Under the pieces are notes generated by a model. The model saw only the letters and a program-made list of their open reading frames with translations. It was not told where the DNA came from and ran no database searches. A stretch of DNA of 64,000 nucleotides. Origin: Tubulanus polymorphus (Eukaryota; Animalia; Nemertea). Shown here piece by piece: positions 25,773 through 37,217 of this stretch. The translations under genes and the position numbers were made by a program. The stretch is taken from the NCBI RefSeq assembly GCF_964204645.1, contig NC_134034.1, forward strand, positions 9,126,962-9,190,961, written 5' to 3'. Numbering within the stretch: the stretch's first letter is position 1; every line of letters begins with the position of its first letter.

Positions 25773-26084
25773 TTATATATAATAAGTTGCGTGTGAAAAA
25801 AATTAATATTATCTAGTTGGTAACACAATGTTTTTATTGCACTAATCAATAATATTACCAAGTGACAAGATATACATCTAAGCATTTAAGGAGAATTTGA
25901 ACACAACTTGTGAATTATTATACTTACTTGATGCTATCATCTTATCAATTTTTGATCTCATCTTTTTATTGTCCCTTTTCGATCTGAAATGGTTTTTCCT
26001 TTTAGAATTCTATAAGGGAAAAATAAAATACTGCTGATTAAATTCTTCTCTGCTGTTAAAATACATTTATCTATCAGACACGTT

Positions 26085-26690
26085 ATTTGAGGGAGATAAA
26101 ACAAGACTAATTTTTCATACCCTAACTGCTGCGAGGGCTCGGTGTCACACTTTGTTGACACTCCGACGACATTGGCGTGAGAACATCCTATGAAAAATAA
26201 GTGAATAATTCATCGAATATCAGTGGTATTTCTCCTAGAGACCTACTAATTCAGGGAGATAAAACAGGACTTATTTTTCATAGGCCTACCTAACTGCTGC
26301 AAGGGCTCGATGTCACACTTTGTTGACACTCCAACGACATTGGCGTGAGAACATCCTATGAAAAATTAGTCAATAATTCATTGAATATAAGTGGTATTTC
26401 TCCTTCTAGAGACCTACTAATTCAGGGAGATAAACAGGACTTATTTTTCATACCTTACTGCTGCGAGGGCTCGATGTCACACTTAGGCCTAGTTGACACA
26501 CCAACGATATTGGCGTGAGAACATCCTATAAAAAATAAGTGAATGATTCATTGAATATCAGTGGTATTTCTCCTTCTAGAGACGTACTAATTCAGGGAGA
26601 TTAAACAGAACTTATTTTTCATACCTTACTGTTGTGAGGACTTTGCATTGGCCTTGGACTTGACTCGAGAACATCCTATGAAAATAAATC
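26085..26690. repeat. Tandem repeat, ~165-170-bp unit x ~3.5; each unit is one exon plus one intron on the minus strand
   Basis: GGGAGAT(A/T)AAACAG recurs at ~26091, 26254, 26424 and 26594. The minus strand reads ttttcatAG|GATGTTCTC...AG|GTatga. Confidence 0.85.
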
Positions 26691-27899
26691 ATACAATATG
26701 GCCTATACCAGTTTCACATGCATGCACGGATTAGTTTCTGGAATAAAATCCAATCAAAATCAGCAAGAACTTGACTAGGCATACCTGTCGACCATTAGCT
26801 GGAGTCACCAGAGCATCCATTTCCCTCCGCAACAGCTGAACCAAGGCCTAGGCTATATAAAAATAATAGTTAACTTTAATTTAGGGAGAAGGCCTTCTTT
26901 ATTATTTTTAGATTATTGGCAAACAATAACTTCATGTCTCAATTCGGCTAAGTGCATGTTGTTGATGAATTGAATTAATCGGCTTGCTTGGCTTTTTACT
27001 TGCTCTGTAATAGCCCTAAGAGAGTTATAGAATCGATGTGTTGCTTTACTTGATACATGAATGGATTAAGCCAGCCTACGAATGTCAAGGATTAAAGAAC
27101 TCAATAGGCCTATACCTGAAAGGACACGCGCATCACCGCAATTGGACTCATACCACATCACTGAGTTAACATAAACATAGCAAGTTGTATATTGCTAGAA
27201 AGAAGAGATTATGCCTTACAGACCTATGTTTTCAAATAATCAGGAAACCCGGTATATAAGTAAAAAATACCAGTCGGCATTTGCTACAATATGACCCTAA
27301 ATTGATGAGTCATGATTCAACCCAGAGATTAAAAAAAACAAATACCTCGGTCAGTTATCGGTTGAATTCTGTAAAGTTGCAATGAAATGAAAGCTTAGGC
27401 TATGATGATTCGAATGATTGTATTTATATACTGGCTTTTTCGAAGTATTTGTAGCTTTAAGCCTAAATTTAACTTTAAAAGAGTGCTAAAATTCTATGAA
27501 CGCGACAACTTACTTCCGGGTTCTTTCGGAGAATGTTGCTCCAAGTAGAGGAATTATTTCGAAAAAGGGGAAACTAACGTCGAAGTGTCTTTCTATTGCC
27601 AATGCATTAAAGGTGATTGAGTTCGCCGAGAGAGAGTTTACGCCGTTTGATTCGGAGTTGTCCCCACTATGTTTTCAGCATTACGCAAAGTGCGCGTGGT
27701 CTATAAATAGCGCAACGCGGGCTCAACCAATCACGCGTGGTCATCGATTTTTGACTTAGCTCTTCATATTCGCCTTTTCACGTACAGCGTGGTACATAAC
27801 ACAATTAACGTGACAGCCATCTACTGTCGCATCTTCACTATCATCTTCCACGGGGTTTACATCCATGCCCTTCATTGGGTTCAGGTCTCTTCTGATCCA

Positions 27900-28230
27900 G
27901 TGCTAGATTATGTAAGACCATGTATGATTATTTTACGACCCGATCCTGCGTCATCTATTTTCTCCATGCAACGTGTGAATTCACCAATTCAGTGTACCAA
28001 ATGCCCTTTCAATTATACATCTCGGTGTTTTAAGTGACTTATAGTGCCTTTCCACGCGAGTTGGGGTTCCAAAAAATGATTTTTGTAGAAAATACCTACA
28101 GGCATAGCCGCTATCCCCGAGAGAATTACACCATGGTATTTTGTAAGTTCTTCTCAATGTCTGAAGGACATTGACAAGGCTATATTTTCGATCGTTCTTT
28201 GTACACAGATCCATACAATATTCCAGGCCT
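27900..28230 (-). pseudogene. Harbinger (HARBI1-like) transposase C-terminal remnant
   Basis: LGDSGYAC...RCIIERAFGTL. Confidence 0.75.
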
Positions 28231-28489
28231 TATATGCGAGATCTTTTTTTGTGAAATGTTTTACCTATCAAGATATCCCCGTCATCTTCTTTTTTATCTT
28301 TTTCTCCTTATGCTATCGTCAAAATAGTACTTACTTCCCAGCAAACACAAAAACGTTTAAAAAACTTGTTAAAACCGTTTTGTTTTTGTTTCAGTAACGT
28401 TCTGTTGAAACGTTTAAGATTTACATGAGAAAAAGATATAAGCTCAAAACTATAATCGCATACATTCAATCAAGATTATTACAAAACAA

Positions 28490-29003
28490 TATTACTGATA
28501 TCTAAATCATTATTTAAGGCATCAAGGCACAATTTGCACATTCTATACACATCCAAAAATATTACAGCAGGCATTACCGATATCATAAATCATTATTCTA
28601 AAGGTACAATTTGTACATTCTATACACATCCAAAAATATTACAGCAGGCATTACCAATATCTTAAATCATTATTCTCAGATTATTCTAAAGGTACAATTT
28701 GCACATTCTATACACATCCTAAAATATTACAGCAGGCATTACCAATATCTTAAATCAATATTCTCAGATTATTCTAAAGGTACAATTTGCACATTCTATA
28801 CACATCCAAAAATATTACAGCAGGCATAACCGATATCTTAAATCATTATTCTCAGATTATTCTAAAGGTACAATTTGCACATCCTATACACATCCTAAAA
28901 TATTACAGTAGGCATTACCGATATCTTAAATCATTATTCTCAGATTTTTCTATAGGCACAATTTTTACATTATATGCAGAGTCATCCAAAAATATTACGG
29001 TAG
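28490..29003. repeat. Tandem repeat, 88-bp unit x ~6
   Basis: AAGGTACAATTTG(C/T)ACATTCTATACACATCC recurs at ~28601, 28689, 28777 and 28865, with degenerate copies on both sides. Confidence 0.9.
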
Positions 29004-29479
29004 GCTCCGCTAAAAAAATTGTCCAACTTCAGTGATATATCCATGAGTTGTAGTGTTGTAAAAAATATTTCGACAAGCATTCGAGTTCCACAGTAATCCG
29101 AGTTGGTCAGATCTGACTTGAGCAGAGTTTACTGTACCATAATGGAAAGGAAAGTGTAGTCAATTTCAATAAGTACTTTACCAAGAAAAAGAATATCATT
29201 CATCTCAAATCATATTACGCATATTATATTATACATTTTCCTAAAATGATATGCTACATTATTTTAGTCCCAAAAATAATACTCGCAATTTCAGCTATTC
29301 TAGATTTGCCACACACATGGAGACAAGTTATAGAAGATAGGATTTAATAAAATAGTACTTGATTATTAGAAAAATAAATTGATGGATGGATGAATGGACA
29401 GAGCGCGCCCTAACTGTTCGTGATTCATAAGCTTGGTAACATAGTTCCTATGGCTTAACTAGGCATCTGCTTCACTGTC

Positions 29480-31440
29480 ACTTTCATTTACGGTTACTAA
29501 ATTTTCTTTCCTGGCAGTTGTCTGAAACAAACAATGACAAAGTTAGCCTCACAAAAAACCATTTGAAATATTAGTAGATAATTACCAGGATTATATTATT
29601 TCTTACCTTTTCTGCCAAATAAGAAGAGCCTCCAGGTTTATGAGGGGCCAATATGAGAAAGTTTCCAATCGTAAGATCAGCATCTGTTTGGCTTGAGTTC
29701 TTGCTGGCAAAACAAGCACCTGAAAAACATTGATAGGTTCAATCTTAGTTAAGTATAAAAGGTATTAAGTAAAACAAATAAAAGCAGAACTGAATACCGG
29801 TAAGTTTTTGGAATTTGATATCATTCAACCTTTTTAGAGCAAAATCCAGAAAATTACAGAAAAAATGCGCACAGCCAAACCTGCTTAATTCGGATCTGCT
29901 TTATCCGGATTTTGGTCTAATCAGGACAATATTTGCAGTTCATTTGTCCTTTAATATACCAAAAAAGTGACTTTTAATCCAGATTTCTCATAAACCGGAT
30001 GAATTTTGTGTATGTCCCAAATGATCCGAACTATTGCGGATTTTACTGTATTCTACATGCAGGTTTTCAGAAAATTAAGTCTTTTCAGAAATATTATTGA
30101 TATTGTAGAATGCTTTTACTCACGAACTATGACTGCATACAGTTTGGTTTCGATGAAAGCGCGCTTCTTTTTTCGGTCCTTTAGAGAAAAACCTGACCAT
30201 ATGTTATTCGTCCCCAGGACTCTTAACATTCTCCTTGCCATATCTCCAGTATTTTGTCCCCCGATCGAAGTTAGGTAAGATTGCTAAATAAAATCCAATA
30301 AAAGCAAAAATGGGTTGTTAGCATAAAGAAAAGAAAAAACATTGTTTACTCATAATATATCTTGTATATACATGACACTAATTCATGTACACATACCAAA
30401 GATTTTCTATTGTTCTTGTCTTCAAGCTTTAGATTCGATTCATCAAAATCTTCCGCCGAATCCATTCTCGTGGGAATATCCTCCAATAATGATGGAGCAT
30501 TTGCACGCTGGTTAAGTCGTTCAAACAAAATCTTTTGGTTCTCAAGGACCTTTTCAAGCTTCATTAACACTGTCAACTTGAAATCTGGAAGTGAAAATTT
30601 GAGGAATAATCAGTGCTCAAGTTACACTTCAAAACTAACAACTTGTACAACCTTTTTGTCTACATGCACACCTTTGTCTGGCTCCGTTTCTGTTCCTATT
30701 GGTCGTGTGGGAGATTGTCTTCTGGAAACTGATGGAAAGATTTGGTTAAAAAATCAAATTTTAATTAATGTAACGATATTGAAAGTATAATTGAAAACAA
30801 CAATTTTGTATTGGTTACCTGGTGTAGTCATAATACTCGTACTTTCAGTTGGAGTACCAGTTATAAAAGAATCTTGTCCTTAAAAATATTTTCTATCGAT
30901 CACGCTCTTTTTTAGGTATATGTTCATGTTCATAAGAAAAGTTGACACAACTTACTTGGTGTGCTGGTAGTTGCTACTGGTCCCCTTTGCCTTGACAAGT
31001 ATGATGGTGGGGTAGGCAAATCTGGTTCTGAAAAGAGCATCAATTAGGTAAACCCACATTAGTTTTCAATAACAAAATCTAGGAATAATCGTAAACGGAT
31101 CATGATTTCTCACTTGTAAGAGCTGATGTCTGTTTGTGTTTGTGAATTTACAAGGCGGAATATCTGTAAAGCAAAATGGATACAAGAAATAACTATAGGT
31201 GGCTAACAATATCAATGCAAAATATTAGTTCGAGGTACTTTACTATCGTCACTTTCATCACTCAAGAAACGCCTGTTAGGTTTCACCGCGCGACCACTTC
31301 CTCATCGCTCTCTACATGCGACGTTTCTAAAGCATTTAATGACTTCTGTTCTGCTTTTTTGAAATTTTCTAAACACAGAGGAATCAGTTCGATAACAAAG
31401 TGTTACAAAAAACCTTGCATTACTTGGACATGGTCAATTC
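29480..31440 (-). pseudogene. DUF4806-like EnSpm accessory protein, multi-exon
   Basis: FKKAEQKSLNALETSHVESD, several small S/T-rich exons, a coiled coil LEKVLENQK, DIPTRMDSAEDFDE..LED, SYLTSIGG..RRML, FSLKDRKKKRAF..TKL, and IGNFLILAP. Confidence 0.65.
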
Positions 31441-31469
31441 AGACAAAAATTAAATAATTTGGTGATTTC

Positions 31470-31844
31470 CTAACGTATCTTAGAATCCTTAACTTGGACT
31501 TGCCTTACCTCAAACAAATTTTGCTGGTCCCAATATGTCTGAGTTAGGTGTGGCTTACTATACCGTGAGTTTTTCTCACGGTTAAAAAATATATATTTCA
31601 ACCTAAGGCGGCGGAAGAAGGCTTCGGCGGCCGTGAGAAGTTCGTCCTTCTGTGTCGGTGCATTATTGGGTACGAATTTCAGACCCTTGCTTAATGCATT
31701 AATGGTGGTTTTGCTAACCACGTGGTCTGATAGGTTGACCACAAATCTGTTGTGCTGGGAGGCAGTTGTGGCGGAGGGTTTTCCTCGGCTGATGCGTGAC
31801 CCAGTTGAGTGGTTTTTCCACTGGTTGTTTTTCCTCCTACCCAT
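31470..31844 (-). pseudogene. Penelope-like RT ORF, N-terminal part only
   Basis: VVNLSDHVVS...LSKGLKFVP...FFRRLRLK is the conserved pre-RT motif of PLE ORFs. Truncated near 31540. Confidence 0.75.
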
Positions 31845-32286
31845 GAAGGAGAGTAAGACTGGAATATGAGTGCATGATACTGTGAGCAGAGTTCCGCGTG
31901 TGTCGTCTGGTTAGATACACTGCTAGCTTAGCCGAGTAGATCGGTATTAAACAGCTGTAGAACAAAGGGTTTATTTGTTAGTGGCTCTATGAGTGTAATC
32001 AATAGGTGGGTAATCGACCTAGTCGTGTGATTAACACTGTTCTCTGTATGCGGGCGTGTTTTGTATACATATTATGTATAATGCACGATGGCGGCTCGTG
32101 TGTGTTCGTTTTGATGAAAAAATAAATAGAAATAAAAATTGAATTCCCATTAAACTGTGAACACATATATATGAGCCTTGTTTTTAGACACGCGGACGGT
32201 TAACGTCGGAGTGCGGTTCAAGGGAACGACTATTCAGATAGAAATCTATTTCTAAACACTTAAATAGGTTTGCGTCGGACTGAGAT

Positions 32287-34649
32287 CGGTTCCTGAACTT
32301 CGCTGAAAAAGCTGAAACACTGAAAAGCTGAAACGCTGAAATAAAAACGCTGAAATTTCAGGGAATTTCCGAAAAACGCCGAAATTTCAGGGAATTCCCG
32401 AAAACGCTGAAATCGTGCTAGGTACCGACAATACACGTTTTGAAATGTTTTCCGGGCCGTCGTCCGCTGACGAGTCCTGAACCGTGTTTTATGCTCTACC
32501 TTCGGTTACAGAGACATGCCTTAAGGTCGTCGTCATGATCGACTTGATCGATTGCGTGGATTGTTAGATGTGTTTTTTGCCATAGTTTTATGTGCATATA
32601 CCGGTACGATCTAACAATGAAGTTATCACTTCATTTGAATAAATTCTTAATCACAGTAATATTAATTCACAATATTTTTTCTTATGTTTGGTGATTTCTT
32701 GCAACTTATCATTGCCAAGTCTCATACAAGTAGTAGCTGAATGAAAGTACAGTTAGGCTGAACCTGATAACCCAAATTAAGTGCTAGCATGGAACTAATG
32801 ATTATTTTGATTCTATTTTCGGTGTCATTGAAATTCGTTAATAAAGGTTCAACCGTCATAGTATACTGTACTTAGCATTGCTACAATTGGGTGCCATATT
32901 TCTACAATTTCTACAAGGAGGAAGGAATCTTTAAGTGTCTTTGTTCCCGGGTGGGGTACGGGGTAAAACCTGGTTTACTTTCGACTTGCCGGAGACTACT
33001 ATCTGCAATGTATTGCATGCTTTGATGTGTCTGGCCTATAGGAGTCGACCGATATTTTTTTCCCATACACAGGCATGGCTTTAGTGTAGATGAAGGCTAG
33101 GCACTGCACATTGTGGATTGACTGGAACTCTTAACTCACAAAATTAAACGAGTCAACAAGAAAGATCCAATAATTGGACATTTGTCTAACTATATTATTT
33201 AACAGCTTGAAATAATACATAACACATTCTGCAAGAGTATAGAAAGGAAATCAGTTCTTACATTATATCAGAATCAATAGTTCGCTTAACTCTGGCTAGA
33301 ATTCTGGTTCCATTGCTTCATATTCTAATGAAATCCACTAGTATACCTTAGAATATCGCTTAGCTTAAGACTAAAAATTTGGTACCAGGAAACAGGGAAG
33401 AAAAGTGGGTGTACTGTACATCCGCAATTGACTTATTTCTCTCTGGTTGAATCAAGTTATTATTGAAATAGCATTCGAATAGCCATTTTATTTTTAAAAA
33501 TTATGTCGTTCAGCTATCCTGCTGCAAATTTCGCAGTTGAAGTTTACTGGTGCCATCTGATTTCTCAGTATCTCAAAAAATTTGCACATTCTAAGCCTGA
33601 ATCTAAAAATAGAAAAAGGTGCATTTTAGTCGGATATAAAAGAATAGTGGCTAATACACCCTGGACTATATAGCCTATGGGGTGGGCCTAGTTTGAAAGC
33701 ACTGAGGTCCGAGAGAACAGCACTTAGTAAATAAATACTGAAATTAAACTTACAAAACACCCAGTACTTGAGATGATTTACTTGACAAGAAGTGTCACCA
33801 GCTAAGCAAATCAACTTTGTCTATGACTCCTCCTTTTATAGATTCAGTAGTAGTCTAAAAATAAGAATGGGTTTATTTTTCTAACAGTTGGTATGTCATT
33901 TCTTCAAAAAAACTAATTATTATCACGCCACAGCAAATAAATTATTCACAGTTGTTGAATGGTTAGCCCGATTTAGATTAATTGGTTGACACTAATCAGT
34001 ATGACCCATACGTAGGGGCCTACTGCATGCCATTGGCGTCAATCCATTCCATTCCATTCCACAGTGAATTAAAAAGAAATTTAGTTAGATCCCTTTTGTC
34101 CAAAAGCTGCATCATTTATATACCTAGCTGTCAAATTTAATTTACCTCCTTCAGAGAATACCATAGTGACATAGTCCGTCGCCCATCAACGTGTTGACAA
34201 AAGAAAAGTTGCTCCATGTTTTATACATGAACGTTCAAATAAGATATTTTGCGTCTTGCAGGGAATATTGAGCATAGTGTTTAAGTTGGCTTGCACGGTT
34301 TGTGTATGGGTTTTCCTCATTATGCTGCCTGTATGCATTAAAAATCCGGATTTCAAGCGAATTAATTTGTCTAACAAGTGGCCCTCTAGAAGTATACTCC
34401 ACACATACTGTCCATGCGTGTCTCTGTAACCGAAGGTAGAGACTAAAACACGGTTCAGGACTCGGCAGCGGACACCGGCCCGGAAAATATTTCAAAACGT
34501 GTATTGTTGGTACCTAGCACGATTTCAGCGTTTTTCGGGAATTCCCTGAAATTTCGGCGTTTTTCGGAAATTCCCTGAAATTTCAGCGTTTTTATTTCAG
34601 CGTTTCAGCGTTTCAGTGATTCAGCTTTTTCAGCGAAGTTCAGGAACCG
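32287..34649. mobile_element. Non-autonomous Mutator/MULE-type element, ~230-bp TIRs, 9-bp TSD
   Basis: TIRs CGGTTCCTGAACTTCGCTGAAAAAGC.. and ..CAGCGAAGTTCAGGAACCG contain tandem GCTGAAA motifs. TSD GACTGAGAT at 32278-32286 and 34650-34658. Confidence 0.92.
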
Positions 34650-34742
34650 GACTGAGATGGACTAAGTCTGTCTTGGACATAGGGGTAGTCCTAATAAGCA
34701 CTGTTGAGAGAGTGTGTGTTATTGTGAGAGAGAGAAAATGGA

Positions 34743-35315
34743 TTATTCTCTTCTCGGTCGCTTGCCCCGGTAGTTAGAGCGGCCGCCGGATTGGTGACGT
34801 CCCCTACTCGGGTGACGTTTCTTCGGTGCCGCCGTAGGGTCCTCTTCGTTCACCATTGGTGTCGGTTGAGCCGGAGCTGATTTCGGTGTGACGGCGCTAG
34901 CTTCTGCTTCTTTGAGCTGGGCTTCTGAGGCGCCTGGTAACTTTAAGATCTCAGCTGCGATCGCCTCCGCTTTAAGGCGGATTTGGTCAGCCATCGCTTC
35001 GTGGTGGCGGGCCGAAATCTTCATCATATCCAGACTCGTCTGGTGGAGTCTGCGAATCCAGTCTTTCGTAACGTCTGGATTCCTGTCTGCTTCCATCAGT
35101 TTGATGGGTAGGTGGATTTTGAAGTGTTTCGGCACCTCGCCAGCGACCAAACCGATTCTAAGTAACGAGCCGTGATGTTGGTGTTGCAATACCCTCCGTC
35201 TCGAGTCTTTGTACATCTTAAGAGCCGAATAGTGTTCGGGTCTTGTTGAGTTGGTCTCGGTAGACGGGTGCGGCGGTTCCGATGGCGGTAATGCTTGTAA
35301 GCTGCTGGTTGTCAC
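34743..35315 (-). CDS. Penelope-like element upstream ORF (190 aa)
   Basis: Open frame with HH..LL..G...VPKHF.I...W...L...SL.MM...HH and an Arg/Gly-rich basic tail, like the N-terminal domain of Neptune-type PLE proteins. Confidence 0.55.
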   Translation of the reverse strand: MTTSSLQALPPSEPPHPSTETNSTRPEHYSALKMYKDSRRRVLQHQHHGSLLRIGLVAGEVPKHFKIHLPIKLMEADRNPDVTKDWIRRLHQTSLDMMKISARHHEAMADQIRLKAEAIAAEILKLPGASEAQLKEAEASAVTPKSAPAQPTPMVNEEDPTAAPKKRHPSRGRHQSGGRSNYRGKRPRRE

Positions 35316-35430
35316 AAGTGTTTAAACTGTCAGTGATTTGGTATTCAAGCAGCGATACTGAAAATTCAGTCGAGGGGGACGAGTGCTATTTAACGAAATC
35401 TGAGGAGGGTGTCTTGCGGTTCATCGCTGG

Positions 35431-36438
35431 TTATATATGTCGAAAACCGGACCGACGCATTGCTTCATATGATCGGGATGATTTTCCTTGAAGATACAGG
35501 CACCACTTTATTATCAGAGGGTGCCATCGGATTGATTTCTTGTTGGACGTCTGTGCGCACTTCAATTGCTGGTCCCAGAATACTCTCGAAAATGTACCTT
35601 CAGCAAATGCCGAGTTATTTGGATGAGTCATTTCTTCGTTGTGATGTTCCATAATCGATCAAAAATCATCAGAACTTAATTGATCGAGTTTAGTTCCCTC
35701 TCGGTCAATTTTCTTTTGAATTTGAATTTCCAATCTTTTAATTTTTAGTTGGAGTCTATCAATTTCGCACTTCATTATTCTTAGTTTACCATCTTTTTCG
35801 TTTGCCGATGAATTTGAGTATGTACAGTGTGACGACAAGCCAATTTTTTGGGTAGAGTCACTATTCTGCAATTTTGACATTCTGGCACGCAACCTAACAC
35901 GAAATTTGCTGCAGTTACTGCACCGGGCGCTGAATCGGTCAATAAGTAGATCGCAATTAGAAGAACGAATTGTTGATGTGTACCGCGTTCCAAAACATGT
36001 TTGTCCATAGTCTCCTTCTCTGATTGCAGAAATAGTTTCTGAACCTTTCTCGGTTATTCCGGATCCTACCGCTATCAGACTATTGAATTTTTCATCGCTG
36101 TTGCCGCTGCATATAAGGTATGATTCTACAATTATTGGTAAATGTAGAATCTTCGCTTTAATCAATATCGTTGAAAGAAATTTCAAGTTCGAATAATTTT
36201 TGTATAAATAATGTTCAGAATCTAGAACTTGATTGTGCACCTTAATTGTTATTTCATATTCGTTCGTAATTTGAATCCAAATCGATACAACTGGACCACT
36301 ATCCGTGTCAGTTAATTTGACCAGCGTTAACTCAACATCATTTAACGTATGTACTTTCCATGAATCCAACGCGATCTTCGATTCCGAAATTTTCTTCAGT
36401 ATTTCATTTCTACTGGCATTTTGTATCCGTAAAAACAA
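35431..36438 (-). pseudogene. P-element/THAP9-like transposase N-terminal half
   Basis: STIRSSNC..RCSNC, a coiled coil, then after a frameshift FWDQQ...IRWHPLIIKWCLYL..KSSRSYEAMRRSG. Truncated before the catalytic core. Confidence 0.75.
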
Positions 36439-37217
36439 ATTAGTTCAGAATCAGTAAAATATCGTGAAATCCGAATATAATGTAAAATATCGTGAAATCC
36501 GAAGATATATTCCTCAAAAAATTTGTTCTGCTGTTAATCAGCTTAATAAAAATGATATCTTACCATCGATGAATTGTCTGTTTCATGGTTTAATGAACTT
36601 TCTGGTTTTACATTAAAAAATTTATCTTTCCAACAAATAAACACTTGGCCTGGATATGGGATATGGCCTAGATACACACTGCTGCATTATCATTCGGTGT
36701 GATCATAACACTGGCAATGGGGAAGTAAACAGACCCGTATCTATGGAACATGATCTCAATCTCTGTAGGCCTATCACATAAAAAGAATAATAAGAAGAAT
36801 ACTTTTCAAATAAGAATTATAGACCAGATAATGTTCGTCTTCTATACCAATATAATCAAGCCAGAAATTTAACTTTAGTTGTTTCGATATTGTATTCATA
36901 ATGAATAAATATTCTACGGATGTTGAATAACTTGGTTTACTAATTTCATCATTTCATATCATTTATTTAATTTTGTCGAGAAAATGAAAGGAAGACTGTG
37001 CAAAATATTGATATACCAACAAATCTATCGAACCGATTAAAATATAGAAAATTTACACTCTAACAGAATTGGTTTACTAAATGAACATATCGCGAAGTCT
37101 TGGATCGAAATCGCGGAAATCATTGAGGATAATTTGATTGCAATCAACAGCTTGCGTGTTTGAATATGTGTTAAATTTAGACGACCCCGATGAAAATAGA
37201 ATTTACCTTATCGATCT

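Larger units (their letters stand above)
28337..31440 (-). mobile_element. EnSpm/CACTA-type element (one end) with DUF4806-like accessory gene
   Basis: Terminus CCCAGCAAACACA followed by AAACGTT subterminal repeats, then the accessory gene listed separately. The other end was not found. Confidence 0.6.
31540..35315 (-). mobile_element. Penelope-like retroelement (Neptune-like) 5' fragment with two ORFs, interrupted by a MULE
   Basis: The 34743-35315 ORF and the 31470-31844 ORF both carry PLE N-terminal motifs. The RT core and GIY-YIG domain are missing. Confidence 0.6.

Noticed and set aside
26085-29003. Regularly spaced repeats resembling CRISPR arrays (also 6170-6740 and 60742-61032)
   Set aside because: The units are contiguous tandem copies with no unique spacers, there are no cas genes, and the context is eukaryotic.
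32465-32490. CTGACGA as a hammerhead ribozyme core of the Penelope-like element
   Set aside because: There is no stem II or downstream GAAA, and it lies in the MULE TIR, where the other TIR copy does not conserve it.
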